A stretch of 64,000 nt of DNA from Candidatus Daviesbacteria bacterium RIFCSPLOWO2_01_FULL_39_23. Lineage in GTDB: Bacteria; Patescibacteriota; Microgenomatia; Daviesbacterales; UBA10151. Numbering within the stretch: the stretch's first letter is position 1; every line of letters starts with the position of its first letter. Shown one piece after another: positions 19,012-28,614 of this stretch. The stretch spans positions 68,893-132,892 of the forward strand of contig MFDN01000005.1 of assembly GCA_001776935.1 (NCBI GenBank), written 5' to 3'. A model generated the notes under the pieces. That model was given only the letters and a program-made list of their open reading frames with translations. It was not told the DNA's origin and did no database searches. A program made the translations under genes and the position numbers.

Positions 19012-20064
19012 ATGAATGATACGCAAGTAAACAACCGGCAGACTAAATTACTGGAATTTTTATTAGTAAACTCTCCGTCTTCAAGATCCAAAATCGAAAA
19101 CCTCCTGAAAGATGACAATGTTTCCCGAATAACCATTATTCGAGACTTAAATTATCTTATCAGCGTTGGTTTAATTGAACAGGTTGGGGGCGGTAAGTAT
19201 GTAAAATACCGTCTCAAGCCAGAGAAAGAATTACTTATTCCCATAGATCTAGAAAAATACTTCTCGACAGTAACCGATACTAGAAAAATCAAATATCCTA
19301 CATTTAATTTTAATTTGATTAATCGTTTGATGGGGTTATTTTCCAAAGACGAATTGGAGTTGTTTGAGACTGGAAAGGACAAATTGAAAAATAAATTTTC
19401 TTCCTTGGACAAAACTATATTAAAACGTGAACTGGAAAGGTTTACGATTGAACTTTCATGGAAATCTTCCCAAATAGAAGGCAACACCTATTCTCTCCTC
19501 GAAACTGAGGAGTTAATAAAAAATAAAAAGGAGGCAAAAGGACACGATAAAAGTGAGGCAATAATGATTCTCAATCACAAGGCAGCCTTTGACACGATTT
19601 TAGAAAAGAAAGAGAGCTTTAAAGAAATCTCGGTTGCGGACATTAGGAGGATTCACTCGGAACTGGTAAGAAAATTGAATATAAAATCTGGAATTAGGGA
19701 ATCTGCCGTGGGAATTACCGGAACTAAATATCGACCCCTAGATAATAAATGGCAAATAGAGGAAGCTCTAAATAAATTTGTGGTTCAGACAAAAAAAATC
19801 AAATCAGTACCAGAAAAAGCTTTAATTTTTCTAGCTGTTATTGCTTATTTGCAACCTTTTACTGACGGCAATAAAAGAACCTCCAGAATGATCAGCAATG
19901 CAGTTCTCCTTTCAAACGGCTATTATCCTCTTTCCTATAGGAGCGTAGACGAAGTTGAATATAAAAAGGCTTTAATTCTTTTTTATGAACAAAATAATCT
20001 TTACCATCTAAAAAGAATCTTTTTAGAACAACAACGTTTTGCGATCGAAAACTACTTTCTCTAA
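19012..20064 (+). CDS. Fic-family protein with N-terminal winged-HTH and a degenerate active-site motif
   Basis: 350 aa. N-terminal DeoR-like wHTH. Fic core reads QPFTDGNKRTSR (His to Gln, Gly to Lys), so it is probably catalytically altered. Confidence 0.7.
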   Translation: MNDTQVNNRQTKLLEFLLVNSPSSRSKIENLLKDDNVSRITIIRDLNYLISVGLIEQVGGGKYVKYRLKPEKELLIPIDLEKYFSTVTDTRKIKYPTFNFNLINRLMGLFSKDELELFETGKDKLKNKFSSLDKTILKRELERFTIELSWKSSQIEGNTYSLLETEELIKNKKEAKGHDKSEAIMILNHKAAFDTILEKKESFKEISVADIRRIHSELVRKLNIKSGIRESAVGITGTKYRPLDNKWQIEEALNKFVVQTKKIKSVPEKALIFLAVIAYLQPFTDGNKRTSRMISNAVLLSNGYYPLSYRSVDEVEYKKALILFYEQNNLYHLKRIFLEQQRFAIENYFL

Positions 20065-20350
20065 ACAGAAAGATCAACGACTGGCTCAAAACATTGGAGC
20101 GACATACAAGGAAGCTGACGACCAACTGAAACGCTACTACCTCAATTTGTTCTTTGGAGGTGGTGGTTTCTTTGTTAAGGATGGAAAGATTGTCAAAGCG
20201 AAGCTCTCAAACGACGTAAAACCCCTCATCAAAGATGGGTCAGTTCGAGTAAGAATGAATTGGCTCGAACGATGGTATGTTTTCCGAAGGACAGACTGGG
20301 TAAACTACCTGGAATATCCAGAATTTACAACTAAGGAAGTGACTAGGTTT

Positions 20351-21151
20351 TTACAAATCTAGCTTGCTAGCCTCTTTGTTTACTCGACCGACTTCGCCAA
20401 GATAGCGTTTTGAAAGATTGTTAAGCTGTTTTGCAATTCCTAGCTTCAGTAACTTATTAGATCTTTCCACAATCGTTAAAAAGAAATCAAATGAGGCAAT
20501 GAGGTCTTCCTCCACCCAGCTTTCACTCCGTCCAATGTCTACGGTATAACCTTTATCATGAGCCTTAACATAATCATTCATTGTTCTGACAGCCGAATGG
20601 GTGATATTGGATTGCAAATAATAAACGGTTTGATAAGCTCCCTCTCTACCAATCTCCTCCGCCATTTGCCTGATTGGTTTATCAGACCATCCCATTCTGC
20701 CATAATTATGCTTTTCCTGAACCAGCTTGGCATATTTTTCTACCTCTTCGATAGTAGTATCCCCAGGTTTGGGGTGAAGTTTCCTCTCCTCAAATAGCTT
20801 TGCGAAGGTAGGCACAGTTTTGGCGTAATCATACATTTTTTTCCTTATTATCGAATCATAATGGAAATATCTTAAAACTCTTTTGTTAGTAGGATCTTTC
20901 AGGATATAAAGGAGCGTAATTGAAAGATCAAAAAGAGAGCGGGTTAGTATTGCAGCGTCCTCACCATACCCCTGCGCACAAAGAAATAAAATAGCGCCAT
21001 GAGTTTTATAAGCCTTACCAAACATAAAGGTGCTAAGAGCAACTTTTGGAGTAATTTTGTGAAACTCCTTGTTCATAACACTATCAACTATCTTCCGAAG
21101 CTCTTCGTTAAAATCAAAGAGGTCTTTGTGTTTCTGATAGATTATATTTGG
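20351..21151 (-). CDS. Hypothetical protein, last gene of the candidate defence operon
   Basis: Probable start at MPNIIYQ (ATG overlapping the stop of the upstream gene); about 266 aa; no recognised motif. Confidence 0.45.
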   Translation of the reverse strand, partial: PNIIYQKHKDLFDFNEELRKIVDSVMNKEFHKITPKVALSTFMFGKAYKTHGAILFLCAQGYGEDAAILTRSLFDLSITLLYILKDPTNKRVLRYFHYDSIIRKKMYDYAKTVPTFAKLFEERKLHPKPGDTTIEEVEKYAKLVQEKHNYGRMGWSDKPIRQMAEEIGREGAYQTVYYLQSNITHSAVRTMNDYVKAHDKGYTVDIGRSESWVEEDLIASFDFFLTIVERSNKLLKLGIAKQLNNLSKRYLGEVGRVNKEASKLDL

Positions 21152-21158
21152 CATAGAT

Positions 21159-21833
21159 TTACCTTTCATCGAGGGCATAAGGACGAGTAATGGCACTAGG
21201 GGGAACTTGCCCACCACCTGATTGCGAAGAAGAAGTTGATGCACAGGTGTTTGTTGAAATAGGTTTTGGATAACCGCTTGCACCACTTGATCGTGTCGTG
21301 GAGGTTACAACCCTAATTGGAAGCTGATCGATCAAATCCTTATACCGAGAGTTTTTATTACCAATAGAATTTTCAGCTTGATTTACCCTTTGGGTATATT
21401 TATCGTCCTCTAATTCCTGCTTAAACTTGTCCAAAGATTCCAAAAAGTCATTAACTAGGGTTTCTGCATCTAGAACTGCCCCTTCGACTTCTTTATAGAC
21501 AGCTGGTTTCCCTCCATCTCTGCTTATACCACCCCTTGCGAAATATTCGTGTGCCAACCCATTTCTAAAAATATCCCTAAGAATTTCTACGGGGTAATCG
21601 CTTGGGTTGGTAAAACACTTGGAAATATACTCCTGGACACTTTGGGCGAAACTGGTGTAACGACCCAGAAGGAAGCTGCCCAAATATTCCATGTAGGCTA
21701 AAACACAAAGGGCTAAGGGGAAGTTAATATTCCCAATCGCAGCGGGCTGCGGTCTTATTCTGTCCCGCATATTTTCTAAGTCTTTTTTAATGTAACCAAA
21801 GACTACTGTGCCTAAGAATGTCTGCCTATCCAT
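21159..21833 (-). CDS. HEPN-like protein (Rx4H motif), third gene of the candidate defence operon
   Basis: 224 aa. FRNGLAHEY fits the HEPN R-x4-6-H motif; C-terminal S/T/G-rich tail. Confidence 0.4.
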   Translation of the reverse strand: MDRQTFLGTVVFGYIKKDLENMRDRIRPQPAAIGNINFPLALCVLAYMEYLGSFLLGRYTSFAQSVQEYISKCFTNPSDYPVEILRDIFRNGLAHEYFARGGISRDGGKPAVYKEVEGAVLDAETLVNDFLESLDKFKQELEDDKYTQRVNQAENSIGNKNSRYKDLIDQLPIRVVTSTTRSSGASGYPKPISTNTCASTSSSQSGGGQVPPSAITRPYALDER

Positions 21834-21835
21834 AT

Positions 21836-23629
21836 TTACTTTCCTTTTATCGAATTAAAGAACTTGCTGACCTCATCTGGTAATCTGCTTAAGTCAATAG
21901 ACTTTATTACTTCAAATTGAAAACCCTTATATGTTAGGTTTTTAACCTTACTCGACTCCGCTGATAGACGGTCATATAGTTTTTTGGTCATTACTTTTCC
22001 GTCAATTTCCATCAATTTAGTTGAGCTGTCCTTTTCTATCGCTTCAAGATGGTTTGTTACATCTTGTGCCTTGTATTGTCTTTCGTCTGAACTGGCGGCG
22101 TCTGCTATCGCTTCAATATCAAAAAGAAAAACATTCTCGAGCGTCTTGTATGGAGTTACTAAAACATTATTGCCAATCTGCCCCAGAACACCTTCGTCAT
22201 CTTTGTCAATTAAGGCTAAGATGTTCAGGGTAGAAGGTTGTTGGGTGAGAGTGCCGATAAATGTCCTAAAAGCATCACTTGTCTGGATTACTCCTGGTTT
22301 ACTCCCAGAACCAGGTTTATTGTCTGTTCCTGCAGGTATGAATACAACACAATTTTTTAGAGGATCTATCAACCTCTGGTAGACCTTAAAGTCCTCTAGA
22401 TGGTCTTTGGCATTTGGGATACCCTCAACATAAACAATCTTAGGGGCAAGAAAGGCTAAATCGAATCTTTTACCAAGAGAGTTGAGAAGCTCAACTCTAG
22501 TGGTCAAATTGTCAACCTTTTCAATAGACTTAGAGTCACTAGTAATCTGATAAACATTCTCGGTGTTAGCGGAAATAAAGTCTGAGGAATGAGTAGAGAC
22601 AAGACAGCTAAAATCCTTCGCTTTAAGAAAAACACCGTTCATAAATTCTGCTAATCTAGTAACATACTCTGGATGAAGGTGAATGTCTGGTTCGTCGATA
22701 AGCACTATCGGTTTGAACGCTTGGCGTTCCCATTGAATTAACATTGCAGCCAAACCGATTACCTGCCGTTCGCCTGAGCTGGCAAACTGGATTGGATAGC
22801 TTCTGTTTATTTTTTTATTAGTCATTCGGAATTTCATTTCCCCTTTCTCAGCTTGAATTTTGTCGAATGAAAGCTCTAGGGGATAAATGATCTCATTGAT
22901 TCTTGAAAGGGTATCTTCTAATTCGGGAAAGGCTACCTTTTGTTGAGAAAAGACTCTCCAAACTGCCATCATTGCTAATCGATTGAGTAGACTACCTAAT
23001 TGAATATTGCTTCTAGTGGTTCTTTGTCTTATGTCAAAATCTCCAGTAACAACCTCTGTCATTTCAACATCACGAGGCGCAGCTCCTAAAAAGGAAGTGC
23101 CTCCCTCGCCAATGTCTTGGAGGGGTTTAACAAACACGCCTAATACTTTATGCCTACCAAGTTCGGATAACCAAGAAGGAATGTCGTTTTGAGAACTGGC
23201 ACCTATGAACTTACGAGTTGATGGTTGCTGAGGAGAAAAGTCAGAAGGTATTGACAGTTCAACAGTAAAAAAATACCTTCCATTTTTCTTCTGAAGGTCG
23301 TTTTGTATCGTTTGCAAAACTGTTTCCCTTGAAGTAAAAGCATTAGGACTTTTTTCAACCAGTATTTCCGCTAGATGTCCAAGGTCGTCATCGCTTAACG
23401 AAACAGAGGCTCGCCACACCGCCTCTGCCCCCGTAATACCACTAACAACTGTCGTATCAATTTGATTTATGTCTACACTATTCAAAAGGAAATTAGCCAC
23501 TTCAAGTATTGTTGACTTGCCTGTCCCGTTCTGACCAGCAAGAACAATAAATCCAGTAAGTTCAGACGCCTTAACTTCAAAGTTCTCAAAACCTCTAAAA
23601 CCAGTAATTTTTATTTCTTCCACTCTCAT
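21836..23629 (-). CDS. OLD-family nuclease-like protein: ABC-type ATPase (AAA_15/21) fused to a TOPRIM-like C-terminal domain
   Basis: 597 aa. Walker A LAGQNGTGKST; Walker B / D-loop VLIDEPDIHLHP; C-terminal IVYVEGIPNAKDH and ALIDKDDEG (TOPRIM-like E and DxD). Confidence 0.65.
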   Translation of the reverse strand: MRVEEIKITGFRGFENFEVKASELTGFIVLAGQNGTGKSTILEVANFLLNSVDINQIDTTVVSGITGAEAVWRASVSLSDDDLGHLAEILVEKSPNAFTSRETVLQTIQNDLQKKNGRYFFTVELSIPSDFSPQQPSTRKFIGASSQNDIPSWLSELGRHKVLGVFVKPLQDIGEGGTSFLGAAPRDVEMTEVVTGDFDIRQRTTRSNIQLGSLLNRLAMMAVWRVFSQQKVAFPELEDTLSRINEIIYPLELSFDKIQAEKGEMKFRMTNKKINRSYPIQFASSGERQVIGLAAMLIQWERQAFKPIVLIDEPDIHLHPEYVTRLAEFMNGVFLKAKDFSCLVSTHSSDFISANTENVYQITSDSKSIEKVDNLTTRVELLNSLGKRFDLAFLAPKIVYVEGIPNAKDHLEDFKVYQRLIDPLKNCVVFIPAGTDNKPGSGSKPGVIQTSDAFRTFIGTLTQQPSTLNILALIDKDDEGVLGQIGNNVLVTPYKTLENVFLFDIEAIADAASSDERQYKAQDVTNHLEAIEKDSSTKLMEIDGKVMTKKLYDRLSAESSKVKNLTYKGFQFEVIKSIDLSRLPDEVSKFFNSIKGK

Positions 23630-24135
23630 ATTAAAAGCTCTCCAATTCGTTTTAATATTTTTCCTTCTGGGGGATAAGCAGAATAAGATGCTTTATCTAT
23701 CTCGAAAGTCTGCCCGTTTTGCTTTAAGACTAGGCGGGGCGTATCGCTGCGATTGTTGTTCCAAACATAACTGTTGCCAGTAAATAAATGATAATCAGCC
23801 CCGATGAAATCCTCTGGAGACAAACTTTCTAGGGGAATTTCACCGCCAGAATGAACCCGCACAATTCGCCCGACTCCAAGATTACCTGAAAATCCCATGA
23901 CTTTTTCCCATACCCCGTTTGGATAGGGAGGCGTATAGGCAACATGCTGGAGTTCAATACTGTTGAGAGAAAAAGACTCGTCACCAATGTTCTTAAAATC
24001 AACCCATTCGCCAGCTAGTTGAGAGAAAGGGACATAATTACCAAGGCGATCTCTGCCAGATGGGTTTGGTTTTACTTGGGTAACATTAAGCCGTTTCATA
24101 GTAATTTTAATCCTTTGTAATGTAGGACTTGACAT
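23626..24135 (-). CDS. Lamin-tail-domain (LTD)-like protein, first gene of the candidate defence operon
   Basis: 169 aa (start may be the internal MKRLNV). VKPNPSGRD...GEWVDFKNIGDESFSL resembles the LTD core (NPxGxD...EWIELxN). Overlaps the ATPase start by 4 nt. Confidence 0.4.
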   Translation of the reverse strand: MSSPTLQRIKITMKRLNVTQVKPNPSGRDRLGNYVPFSQLAGEWVDFKNIGDESFSLNSIELQHVAYTPPYPNGVWEKVMGFSGNLGVGRIVRVHSGGEIPLESLSPEDFIGADYHLFTGNSYVWNNNRSDTPRLVLKQNGQTFEIDKASYSAYPPEGKILKRIGELLI

Positions 24136-24166
24136 TACTGTAAAATTATCATAAAGTTATCATACT
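24136..24166. promoter_or_regulatory. Divergent promoter/operator region between the defence operon and the lexA-like gene
   Basis: 31-bp intergenic segment containing TACTGT and the direct repeat TTATCATA-AAG-TTATCATA; candidate repressor operator. Confidence 0.3.
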
Positions 24167-24766
24167 ATGCCAGTAAAAGTCAAGCCCATTACAGGTAGAC
24201 AAAAAGAGGCGCTCGATTTTATCAATTCCTTTATCCAAGATAATGGATACGCTCCCTCTCTTCGTGAGTTAGCAGCCTTTCTGAAAACCGACAACATTAG
24301 CACGGCTCATTACTTTGTAAAAGAACTTGAAAAGAAGGGTTACCTCAAACGAGATTACTATAAAAACAGAGGGATCACTCCTATTCTTCAAAAACAAACA
24401 GTTCCACTCTTGGGTTATATTGCCGCTGGTGCGCCAATAGAACCAATTGAAGACTCGGAGCCAATACAAGTGCCAACTAACATTAAATTGGCTACAAATC
24501 AGTCTTATTACGCTCTCAAAGTCAAGGGTGATAGCATGATAGATATGGGAATTCTGGACAAAGATATTGTCCTTATTAAGCATCAAATGACAGCAGATGT
24601 CGGCGATGTGGTTGTGGGAATTACAGAAGACGGAGCAACTCTAAAAATTCTAGGAAGAAAAAATGGAAAAACTATCCTTGAACCACGCAACATAAATTAT
24701 AAATCAATAATTCCTAGACAACTTGAGGTTCGAGGAGTTTTTGTAGGTTTAATAAGGGCTGAATAA
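24167..24766 (+). CDS. lexA: LexA-like autocleavable repressor (HTH plus S24 peptidase)
   Basis: 199 aa. N-terminal wHTH (RQKEALDFI...PSLRELAAFL), Ala-Gly cleavage site (IAAGAP), catalytic GDSM and a conserved Lys. Confidence 0.8.
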   Translation: MPVKVKPITGRQKEALDFINSFIQDNGYAPSLRELAAFLKTDNISTAHYFVKELEKKGYLKRDYYKNRGITPILQKQTVPLLGYIAAGAPIEPIEDSEPIQVPTNIKLATNQSYYALKVKGDSMIDMGILDKDIVLIKHQMTADVGDVVVGITEDGATLKILGRKNGKTILEPRNINYKSIIPRQLEVRGVFVGLIRAE

Positions 24767-24802
24767 TAAATTCAAAAATTATAGAATAAGGATAAGATTA
24801 AT

Positions 24803-25588
24803 ATGAATTCAATTAATGACTATCTCAATAAAATAATTTGCGGTGACTGCATTGAAGTCATGCAGAAGATGCCCAATAAAAGCATCGATCTAGCTGTTAC
24901 ATCTCCTCCTTACAATCTTAAAAATTCTACTGGTAATGGTATGAAAGACGGTAGAGGTGGTAAGTGGGCAAACGCAGCTCTCCAGAATGGTTATAGCCAT
25001 CATGATGACTGTATGCCTCACGAAAAATATGTGGCTTGGCAAAGAAAGTGCTTAGAAGAAATGATGAGATTGTTAAAAGACGATGGAGCAATTTTTTACA
25101 ATCACAAATGGCGTGTCCAAAACGGACTGCTTCAAGATAGACAAGACATTGTTTCGGGCTTTCCTGTACGACAAATAATAATTTGGCATCGCAACGGAGG
25201 TATTAATTTTAATAAAGGTTATTTTTTACCCACCTATGAGGTGATTTATCTAATTGCAAAAAAGAACTTCAAGCTAGCACCAAAGGCAAACGCCCTCGGA
25301 GATGTGTGGGACATGGGACAAGACTTAAACAACCCTCACCCCGCACCATTCCCTGTTGAATTGATTGAAAGGATTATCGGATCAACGACTGCCGAAATTG
25401 TTCTAGACCCATTCATGGGTTCAGGTACAACAGCAGTTGCTGCAAAAAATCTCGGCAGAAAGTATATCGGAATTGATGTCTCTCCTGAATATTGCCAGAT
25501 GGCTGAAGAAAGGATCAAAAAGGGACATTTCAATGGCAAGAAACAACAGGATCTTCTTTCTTTGTTTCCCCAAGACTGTTCCGTGTGA
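24803..25588 (+). CDS. DNA methyltransferase, N4/N6 class (PF01555-like), probably m4C
   Basis: 261 aa. DLAVTSPPYNL (SPPY catalytic motif) and DPFMGSGTT AdoMet motif. Confidence 0.85.
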   Translation: MNSINDYLNKIICGDCIEVMQKMPNKSIDLAVTSPPYNLKNSTGNGMKDGRGGKWANAALQNGYSHHDDCMPHEKYVAWQRKCLEEMMRLLKDDGAIFYNHKWRVQNGLLQDRQDIVSGFPVRQIIIWHRNGGINFNKGYFLPTYEVIYLIAKKNFKLAPKANALGDVWDMGQDLNNPHPAPFPVELIERIIGSTTAEIVLDPFMGSGTTAVAAKNLGRKYIGIDVSPEYCQMAEERIKKGHFNGKKQQDLLSLFPQDCSV

Positions 25589-25606
25589 GATAATTAGCTT
25601 AAAGAT

Positions 25607-26398
25607 ATGCAATTATATACAAAAGACGAACTAATTAAGAAACTGAAACAACTTGCCGAAATGGGTTGGATACCAAATGGGAGATTTGGCAACCACGGAG
25701 GAATCGGCAACACTCTTGAGGATTTTTTGGGTATTACAGAAAATAATTTACCAATACCTAATGCTGCCGAGTGGGAGCTAAAAACACAACGGGCAAACAC
25801 ATCGTCGCTAACAACTCTTTTTCATATCGAGCCATCACCAAGAGCCGTAGGTTTTGTTCCAAAAGTATTGTTGCCACTCTATGGGTGGTCGCACCAAGAG
25901 GCAGGAAAACTTTACAAAGATGGCGAAATGAGTTTCAGGCAGACAATCCACGGACTATCCCACAGCGACAGGGGTTTTATCGTTAAAATCGATCGAGCTG
26001 CCAAAAAAGTGCTTATTTCCTTTGATGCAACCAAAGTAGCAGAAAGACATTCTGAATGGCTTCGGGGTGTTGAACAAAAAATGGGGTTAGGGGAACTCAA
26101 TCCACAACCTTACTGGGGATTCGACGATCTAAAACATAAAGCAGGAACTAAACTTCTTAATTGTTTCTATGTGCAAGCGGAAGTAAAAAAGGAAGGTGAA
26201 AAAGAGTTTTACTGGTATAAAAAGGCGCAAATGCTACAAAAGTTCAAATTTGATGGATTACTGGAGGCACTTGAGAAAGGCGCTCTCCTAGTGGATTTTG
26301 ATGCAAGGACAGGTCACAACCATGGCACAAAATTCAGGCTTAGACAAAATCACCTACCTATGCTCTACGAAAAAGTGACCACCGTTGTGAATTCTTAA
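25607..26398 (+). CDS. Type II restriction endonuclease of the MvaI/BcnI family
   Basis: 263 aa. N-terminal ...AAEWELKTQRANTSSLTTLFH and C-terminal LLVDFDARTGHNHGTKFRLRQNH align by eye with conserved BcnI/MvaI blocks (GEFELK...LTLFH; LVMDLCID...GPHLRI). Confidence 0.65.
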   Translation: MQLYTKDELIKKLKQLAEMGWIPNGRFGNHGGIGNTLEDFLGITENNLPIPNAAEWELKTQRANTSSLTTLFHIEPSPRAVGFVPKVLLPLYGWSHQEAGKLYKDGEMSFRQTIHGLSHSDRGFIVKIDRAAKKVLISFDATKVAERHSEWLRGVEQKMGLGELNPQPYWGFDDLKHKAGTKLLNCFYVQAEVKKEGEKEFYWYKKAQMLQKFKFDGLLEALEKGALLVDFDARTGHNHGTKFRLRQNHLPMLYEKVTTVVNS

Positions 26399-26538
26399 CT
26401 CCCTTAAACAGTTTCCCCCATTTCTAACCGCCTGTGTTGACTTGTGTGGGGCTTTCGTGCCTGGGATGGCATAGTTTCACCTCTGTTTGACTTCAGACCC
26501 CTTGTTTGGCATAGTTGCTGGTTACATAAGGTGATAAC

Positions 26539-26824
26539 TATGAATATGAACCAAAATAGACAGTGTCAGCATAATTTAAGGGCAAAAGCCTTTGGCGAAG
26601 CATTAAAAGAAGGCATCAGGGAAGATGTGATGATGCGGTCTTGTTTTCAGTCAGATTTTTCATTAGACAAACATGAGCGTAAATCCAGGCAAAAAATAGA
26701 AAAACTTCTAAACGGAGATCGCAAGAAGGAAATATCAGAGTGGAAGAAAAACAGTAAGACAAGAGCCGAAGCATCCAGACAAGCATTTATAAGAGGGCTG
26801 AAATCGGGAGACAAAACAGAGTAA
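26539..26824 (+). CDS. Hypothetical basic protein
   Basis: Probable ATG at 26539 within ORF 26444-26824; upstream TTGACT and direct repeats TGGCATAGTT x2. Confidence 0.3.
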
Positions 26825-27008
26825 TTTAGTAGCTACAATCTCTAATTAGCGCCCAGTCTACAGTTTGACCACCCTGAGATCTGTTGATCACGCAGCGCAT
26901 AGTTCCCTTAAACCACAGATACTCCAGTGCTAGGAAAAACATAAAGAACAACAGTCCAACTATGAGCATCTTTTTCATAGGTATTTTTACACTACGACAA
27001 TTGCTGTC

Positions 27009-27740
27009 CTAATTTTCAAACAGCGGCACGGTATTCCAATACTGAATCTGTTTGTTGCCATCAACGGTAATGCGGATGGTCGGATAAGAGTAAGGTCTAC
27101 CCTCTAAGCCTTCGGGCAATTTATAACCCTTGTCTTCCCAGAACCACTGATGTAATTCGCCGCCGTATTTTCCAGAATAAATAAACTGTTCTTTGATTTG
27201 ATCAAAGTTCTTTACTCCTCTGACAAGGTAGCCAAAGGCAACGGCTTCAGCTTCCGTCTTGGTAATCTTCGGCATAGTATTTGAACTTGTGTCTGAGCAA
27301 ATAACACCGTTGCTCTTGTAGCCCTCGATTTCACTGGGTTTGAGTCCCGCTATGACAACTGCCACTAAGGAATGGTTTCTGGAATCAACATGATACTCAT
27401 AAACCGAGCATTGTCCATTAAGTAGTTCCTTTTGGTGGTAAATATCTACTTGGCGTGTCCAACCCTCAACTGCCTCCATATTTTCTCCACCCTCCATCTG
27501 GGTGACTTTGCCAACCCTGAAATATACGGGGAAAGGCACATCCGATTTAACAAAGGCTAACTCCAAAGCAGGTTCTGCCATGAAACTGCGAATGGCTGTC
27601 TCATCTTGAGCGGTATTATCAACTTCTTGTTTGGGTAGTAAAGCAGGAACATAGTTGTTTTTCTTTAACCAGACAAAACCAGTCCCCAAGCCAACCAAGA
27701 TAAGTAAGGTAACGATTATTTTTGTCTTCATATTTTTCAC
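27009..27740 (-). CDS. Secreted/membrane-anchored hypothetical protein
   Basis: 243 aa with an N-terminal signal/TM segment. Confidence 0.4.
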   Translation of the reverse strand: MKNMKTKIIVTLLILVGLGTGFVWLKKNNYVPALLPKQEVDNTAQDETAIRSFMAEPALELAFVKSDVPFPVYFRVGKVTQMEGGENMEAVEGWTRQVDIYHQKELLNGQCSVYEYHVDSRNHSLVAVVIAGLKPSEIEGYKSNGVICSDTSSNTMPKITKTEAEAVAFGYLVRGVKNFDQIKEQFIYSGKYGGELHQWFWEDKGYKLPEGLEGRPYSYPTIRITVDGNKQIQYWNTVPLFEN

Positions 27741-27745
27741 CCCCT

Positions 27746-28414
27746 TTACGGATAGGGCGGATAATCAGTCCAGCCCTCTTCTCCTTGAATAAAATAACGA
27801 CTATCGGTGGTATTACAAACCCTGGGATGCCCAGTGCGCCTAGAAGCCTCCTCGCTGGTGACTTGACCACCATCATGCCCGATAGCTTTAAGGCAGTCAT
27901 CATAGTTATTTACCCAGCTATACTTTGCCTGCATTTGCTCTTTCCAGGTTGGAGCAACATCTCCTCCAGGTAAAAGTGCTGGTGTAAAGGGGTTATATTC
28001 CTCACAACCATGATCACAATCCCTGACGCTGGGTATGCCTTCGTTTAGAAGAATTCTGGCTATCTCCCAAGCGCTCATTGACTGGGAAATATCGTAGGCA
28101 GTCTCGGTATCAATGGTGTTATTGCCAACTTTAATCGCTCCAACCTTACCAGGCGTATTGTCCTTGGTGTGTTCAAGAGCGTATTTAAGAGCTTCTTCGT
28201 CTTTGACGAATCCATAATAAGCAAGATTGCCAGTAACCGCTATAAGGGTATTTTGTTTGTCAACTCGGAACTTAACCACAGGAGCAACTTTGCGAGGCGC
28301 TGCAAATTTATTCTGGGACGACTGATACCAATAGAAACCGCCAACAACAAACAGGAGAACAACAAGCAGGAAAGGAATAGTAATCCTAATCTTATTTTTC
28401 ATCTTTATTGTCAT
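27746..28414 (-). CDS. Secreted/membrane-anchored hypothetical protein
   Basis: 222 aa with an N-terminal TM segment; Cys-containing extracytoplasmic domain. Confidence 0.4.
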   Translation of the reverse strand: MTIKMKNKIRITIPFLLVVLLFVVGGFYWYQSSQNKFAAPRKVAPVVKFRVDKQNTLIAVTGNLAYYGFVKDEEALKYALEHTKDNTPGKVGAIKVGNNTIDTETAYDISQSMSAWEIARILLNEGIPSVRDCDHGCEEYNPFTPALLPGGDVAPTWKEQMQAKYSWVNNYDDCLKAIGHDGGQVTSEEASRRTGHPRVCNTTDSRYFIQGEEGWTDYPPYP

Positions 28415-28614
28415 ATTTTGATATAGTTCGGTATGTTAACTTGCTGTCGAGGAGATTGTCAAATCAAACAGAAAGCTCCCCGCCAGCGATAGCCTTTCGA
28501 CTACCCATACCCCTTTCGGGATACAACCTTCGCAGATGCTCTGACTAGGAGCTTTTATCTGCGAAGGTTTTGATGCCATGCCCTTGCGGGTTTAGGCGGT
28601 TAAATTGTTAAATT

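Noticed and set aside
20039-20362. 107-aa ORF overlapping the 3' end of the HTH-Fic gene
   Set aside because: It overlaps the Fic stop in another frame and its N-terminus is low complexity (FFGGGGFFVKDG). It may be a real small gene starting at an internal Met, but I could not support it.
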